From: Phoronis australis
Taxonomy: Eukaryota; Animalia; Phoronida
Assembly (NCBI GenBank): GCA_002633005.1
Contig: NMRA01000005.1
Location: 1,789,048 to 1,853,047 of the forward strand
Length of the DNA: 64,000 bases
Direction: 5' to 3'
Every line of letters starts with the position of its first letter. Positions within the stretch are counted from its first letter, which is position 1. Position numbers and translations under genes: made by a program. Positions 59,678-64,000 of this stretch are shown one piece after another. The notes below the pieces were generated by a model. It made no database searches and had not been told where the DNA came from. It was given only the letters and a program-made list of their open reading frames with translations.

Positions 59678-62600
59678 TTAGATTCACATTGTATTGTATC
59701 GATAAATTGATTAATTAGTACTTACATGTATTGTCATTATTCACTAATCTCACTCAGTATAAAAACGATACTTGGAAAACAGTACATACATCTGGTCTGC
59801 ATACTCAAGACCAAAAACTCTCAAAAACAAGATCACGCAAGACGTTGTGTGATATCGCCATGCATTACAAACAAACCACATGACCACCCTAGCCTTATCT
59901 GAAAATCTTTCGTCTACGAATGCTACTGTAGAGTTTGTGATGATGCATGAGAAGTCGAAGTGAACAGGTTGTCTTAGAATAACTCAACCTTAAACCAGTG
60001 ATGGGCATGCTATCCATCAATGTCTTAAAGACCTGCATAGCACTGTGCTTGGTGCAAGTACAAACTGAACATCAAACTAGAATAAATCAAGTTAGCAATC
60101 AATGAACTGTGTTTGGCTCATTCTTTTACAAGTTATTAGGAATGCTGTTCACCATATTAAAAAAGGATTCTACCCCAGACCATGAACGTAACCAATGGTT
60201 TTCAAAGATGACCCTGCATGTGGGTTTACCAAAAATCCATCACAGACACAATCTATGACAGAAATGGTGCTATCTCCAATGCTGCAGCTATGAGTGAACT
60301 TTGACTTATCGAGTTTGAATCCGGTTTCAGCTGGTATTGTACTTGAGACTAATTCAGGCACTCCTGGTTTTTACGATTGGTGATAATTTCTTAAAGGTGT
60401 AGTCCCATGGTTGAACATTCAAATTTACATTTCAGGAAGTTGTTAACATGAAAAACAGACCCCTTTAACGAAGAGCAGCTGACCAAGGACAGTCCAACTG
60501 AATCCATGACAACCAACTCCAGAAGACACTGGGCTAATATGCCTACCCTCTGTGCTCACTGGTATTTGGATGAATCCATATATTACAATTCATGATATAT
60601 GCATTCATCACATGGAAGTTCCTCAGAAATAAGTCGGTATAGTGGCCCTCCATGAACTAAAAAAAGAGTCATTCTGGGCTGGGCTATCCAAAACCCATAA
60701 GGAGTAATAATACAATTATCTTCTCACCCAGGACCATAAATCCTCTGTTTACTTACACCATCCAACTGGGACAGCTGTACAACTAAGAAGTACTTTCACT
60801 GACTGTGTATGTGAGTGTAATTCCCTGTAATGAACACCAATTTCAAAAGGCCTGTTGTGTGTGACTGACACCGATGATTTGAACCCTTCCGCAAAGTTCT
60901 GAGCCACTATGTATGGTCACATTTTGGCAGCACGAATCGGAAACCATAACTGCTGGAAGTCTCATGTAGAACCATTTCAGTACATTCAGTCATCCATTTT
61001 GACACAAAAAGTGCTGAAAAATCTACCCTACTTCAGTGCCACGTGCACTTACCGGTATCATGGGAGAGTCCCCCCAGGTATTCCATCAGCTTCCAGTGGT
61101 TCTATTTAAGTTCACTTGTGTCTAAAAATACTTCATTATAGCTTTGAAACAGTTCATCTACATTGATTTTGAATAAATTGAGCTGCATAGCCAGGCCAGA
61201 CATGTTATGGTCAGCTGAAAAGTGACAGGTGAAGTCATTTCATCAATCACGGTATTAGCTAATGTTCCATTGGTCAACTCTGCGTGGCTGGCATATTCTG
61301 AGATGTGCATTTTACTCACTGAGGTGGTAAAACTGTAAGCTGGCACATGTTTCAAATTTTGGGATTTGCAGTTGCCTAGTAGATGAATATATTAAAGAGG
61401 CATGGAATGTGAAAGCTCGTCAAAAATATCTTTTGAACAACTCCTCACAAAAGCACCATATTGCAATGTATATAAATGCGTGCGTGCACCCACAGTTATT
61501 TGACAAAAGACCGACAAGATGAATATTAACGGCAGGTTATGTGTGATTGCATTCTGATTTTGAGGTCGAGCACAATATGAGGCAAGCCAGTGAAGCAAGC
61601 GATTTTCCAAAAAGAATTCCAAGAGCATTTATTTTTCAAATATATTTGAAAACTACGATACATTTATAACTAATTTTTAAGAAATAGGACTTACATCAAT
61701 TGTCTCTAAAACTGATTGGCTGCTGCTTGAATTCACCATTGTATTGTTTATATCTAATGTCAAAACCAGGTCACATTTTCTATATAAGGGAAATGTGCTA
61801 CGTCTATGTCTTGCCATACTGAATAAGGAGATGTGCTTTACCTTGTGGGAGAAAATGTGAGGAAGTGACCAGCAGTTGACAGATCATTTTTTGAAGTTTG
61901 AAACTAAAAGAAAAATGCTTCAATGTCAACAGAAATTCAATTTTTTTATAAACAAACTGTCAAAATACCTTGTGAACAGGTTGAATTGGCACTGAATCAC
62001 TGTGAACAGTGCAATTCCATAGGCCTCTTGAACTGTTACAAATCCTGTATTTGTGCACTGAAGTTGTGGGATGCGTGTTTTATTCTGTTCCAAGATTTCA
62101 AGTTTTATGAATGTCAATATTAATATAGTAGGGATGAGAGGACTATATCACGTTTGCAAGGAGTTGACGTTTTGTATGTGGATAAGTCTTCAGTTCAGTA
62201 TGTTTAAAGAATTGAAGTGCTGATTTGTTATATTTCTCAACAAGAAATAAACTACTTTTTGAAGAATTCGAAAAGTACAGGACTATGTCCTTAAGAACAA
62301 TAAATAGTCTTTGCCCAGTTACTGAGTTGATGTTTATACAATGGAAAACTTGTTAGATTTAGGTCCCAGTATGATGGAAAAGTGTAATTTTGATTTTATC
62401 CACTTTCAAAATAGGAATCACTGTTTTAAAAGTTGAAAAATGTACATTTCTACAAGCCACAAAAACTGTTCTGTGCTCAAAAACATCTTGTTTCATAGGC
62501 TCTCATGCTTACATAGCAATGTCATCGAGTTCGTATCCTTTGTGTGAATTGAGATTGGTTACAGTAAACCCCTGCAATTTCACTGACGACCATTCAGCAT

Positions 62601-64000
62601 CAGGGGCTGAAAATAACCCACTTTGAAATGGAGAAGGCGATGCCATGGTTATACTGAGCACTGCTTCAATGGGTCAGAAAATGGGTAGCTTGAGCGCAAG
62701 ATAAATGAAATTGCTTAAAATCACCAATTTCATATCAATAAAAACAAAAAACCAAATATTCAATCAGCTGTCAAGTTATGACATTCGCCAATACTATCTG
62801 ATGATAGGTTAATTAGGTAATCTGCAGTTACGGACTTGTTGGCTGATACAAACTGCATAGAATTAGGACAACCAATCACAACATTAATCATTCTCCATAA
62901 GCTTGTATTTAGTGTGAAACACTGCTGCTAGCTTTCCTGTGGTTTATGGTATAATAAATAATGACTTGAGGCATTGCATTTGTGGTGGTTGTGACAAGCG
63001 AGTATTTGACCACGCTGTGGCTCTTTTCATTTTCCCATGGGACCTCAGAGAAGCGCTGATGTGACACAAGTTTGTACAATAAGCTAGCCTGTTGTTGGAC
63101 ATAACTCACGGGCACTGGGTATGTTCATACGTCACACTCATATCCTTGGAGCTAAAAAACTTTTGTTTTCTTGTGCTTTCTCATTTTTGGGATATTAAAT
63201 TCACAGTTGTGATATACAGTGCTATAAATATGGTTTAATGAAGCCGACAATGTAGCCACTTATCAAAACAAGGTGCATGGTGGTTTTAAGCACTTTGAGA
63301 TTGAAGGCCATAAATAACAACTACGGTAAAATCTCACCAATTTCGGACAAAAAATTTAAAAATTGCTCTTTTTTCATTTTCAAGGGCATCTAACATTCTG
63401 TGAATGCCCACAAATTTTCAAAATATTTACTGTTGGTAGCTATGGTTCAGATAAATAAAGCATTCCAATACTGCCTATATGATTTACAAAAAATGAGAAT
63501 ATAAAATGTCATCTGTCCGTCACATTCTGTCCTGAATTGGTCAGTGACATTTGTGAGCTTCATTTTGGTCAGAGTACAAAGGCATAACCATTACTTGTAT
63601 TATTTCGCAACTCAATTTTTTGTGTCGAATTGTAAAGTTAAATCAAAACCTTCAATGCCTTTGAGTAAAACTTGATGTCCCAGGGCAATAGTCATTTTAG
63701 TGAAGCAGCAAATGATATAAGCTTAGCCTGAAGCAGTATACGAAACTGCCAGGTCTGCTCAGGCCTTGAAACACAATCCAGTCTGCGTAAGGAAAGAGAT
63801 GAGATAAATTTTGCAAGTTATTTTTGTCAGAAGGCATGGGTTTACTGTTCCGTCAATTGCATCTTCACCAACTCTGTAGTGTACTATATTTAACTTTCAG
63901 TTAACCTTAACTCTGGAAACTTTGACAGGAAAAGGAGTGTTAAATAAGTGACTTGTTGTCTAGATCAGCATCTGCTATTTTAATTAACATTTACTGGAAT

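Overview
AT-rich, intron-rich eukaryotic DNA, most likely an invertebrate metazoan draft assembly with N gaps; there is no sign of prokaryotic systems such as operons or CRISPR. Five protein-coding genes were reconstructed by hand from GT-AG splice sites with consistent phases. (1) The 5' part of WDR27 (minus strand, runs off the left edge). (2) KATNBL1 (plus, 3814-11287), head-to-head with WDR27. (3) ERO1 (minus, 13351-36814), convergent with KATNBL1. (4) NDUFAF7 (plus, 37204-46816), head-to-head with ERO1. (5) An unusual two-exon secreted protein (minus, 51691-58197) made of a truncated IGFBP domain, a follistatin/Kazal module and a very basic tail. The most notable observations are three candidate in-frame microexons (24, 15 and 12 nt) in the ERO1 loop equivalent to human Cys208-Cys241, a 3-codon uORF whose stop overlaps the ERO1 start codon, and an orphan C-type lectin exon at the junction of a 2.8-kb ERO1 duplication that is probably haplotypic. 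The window also holds MITEs, tRNA-derived SINEs, a Helentron-like element and a decayed Tc1/mariner element. All family assignments rest on recalled motif similarity; no database searches were run.
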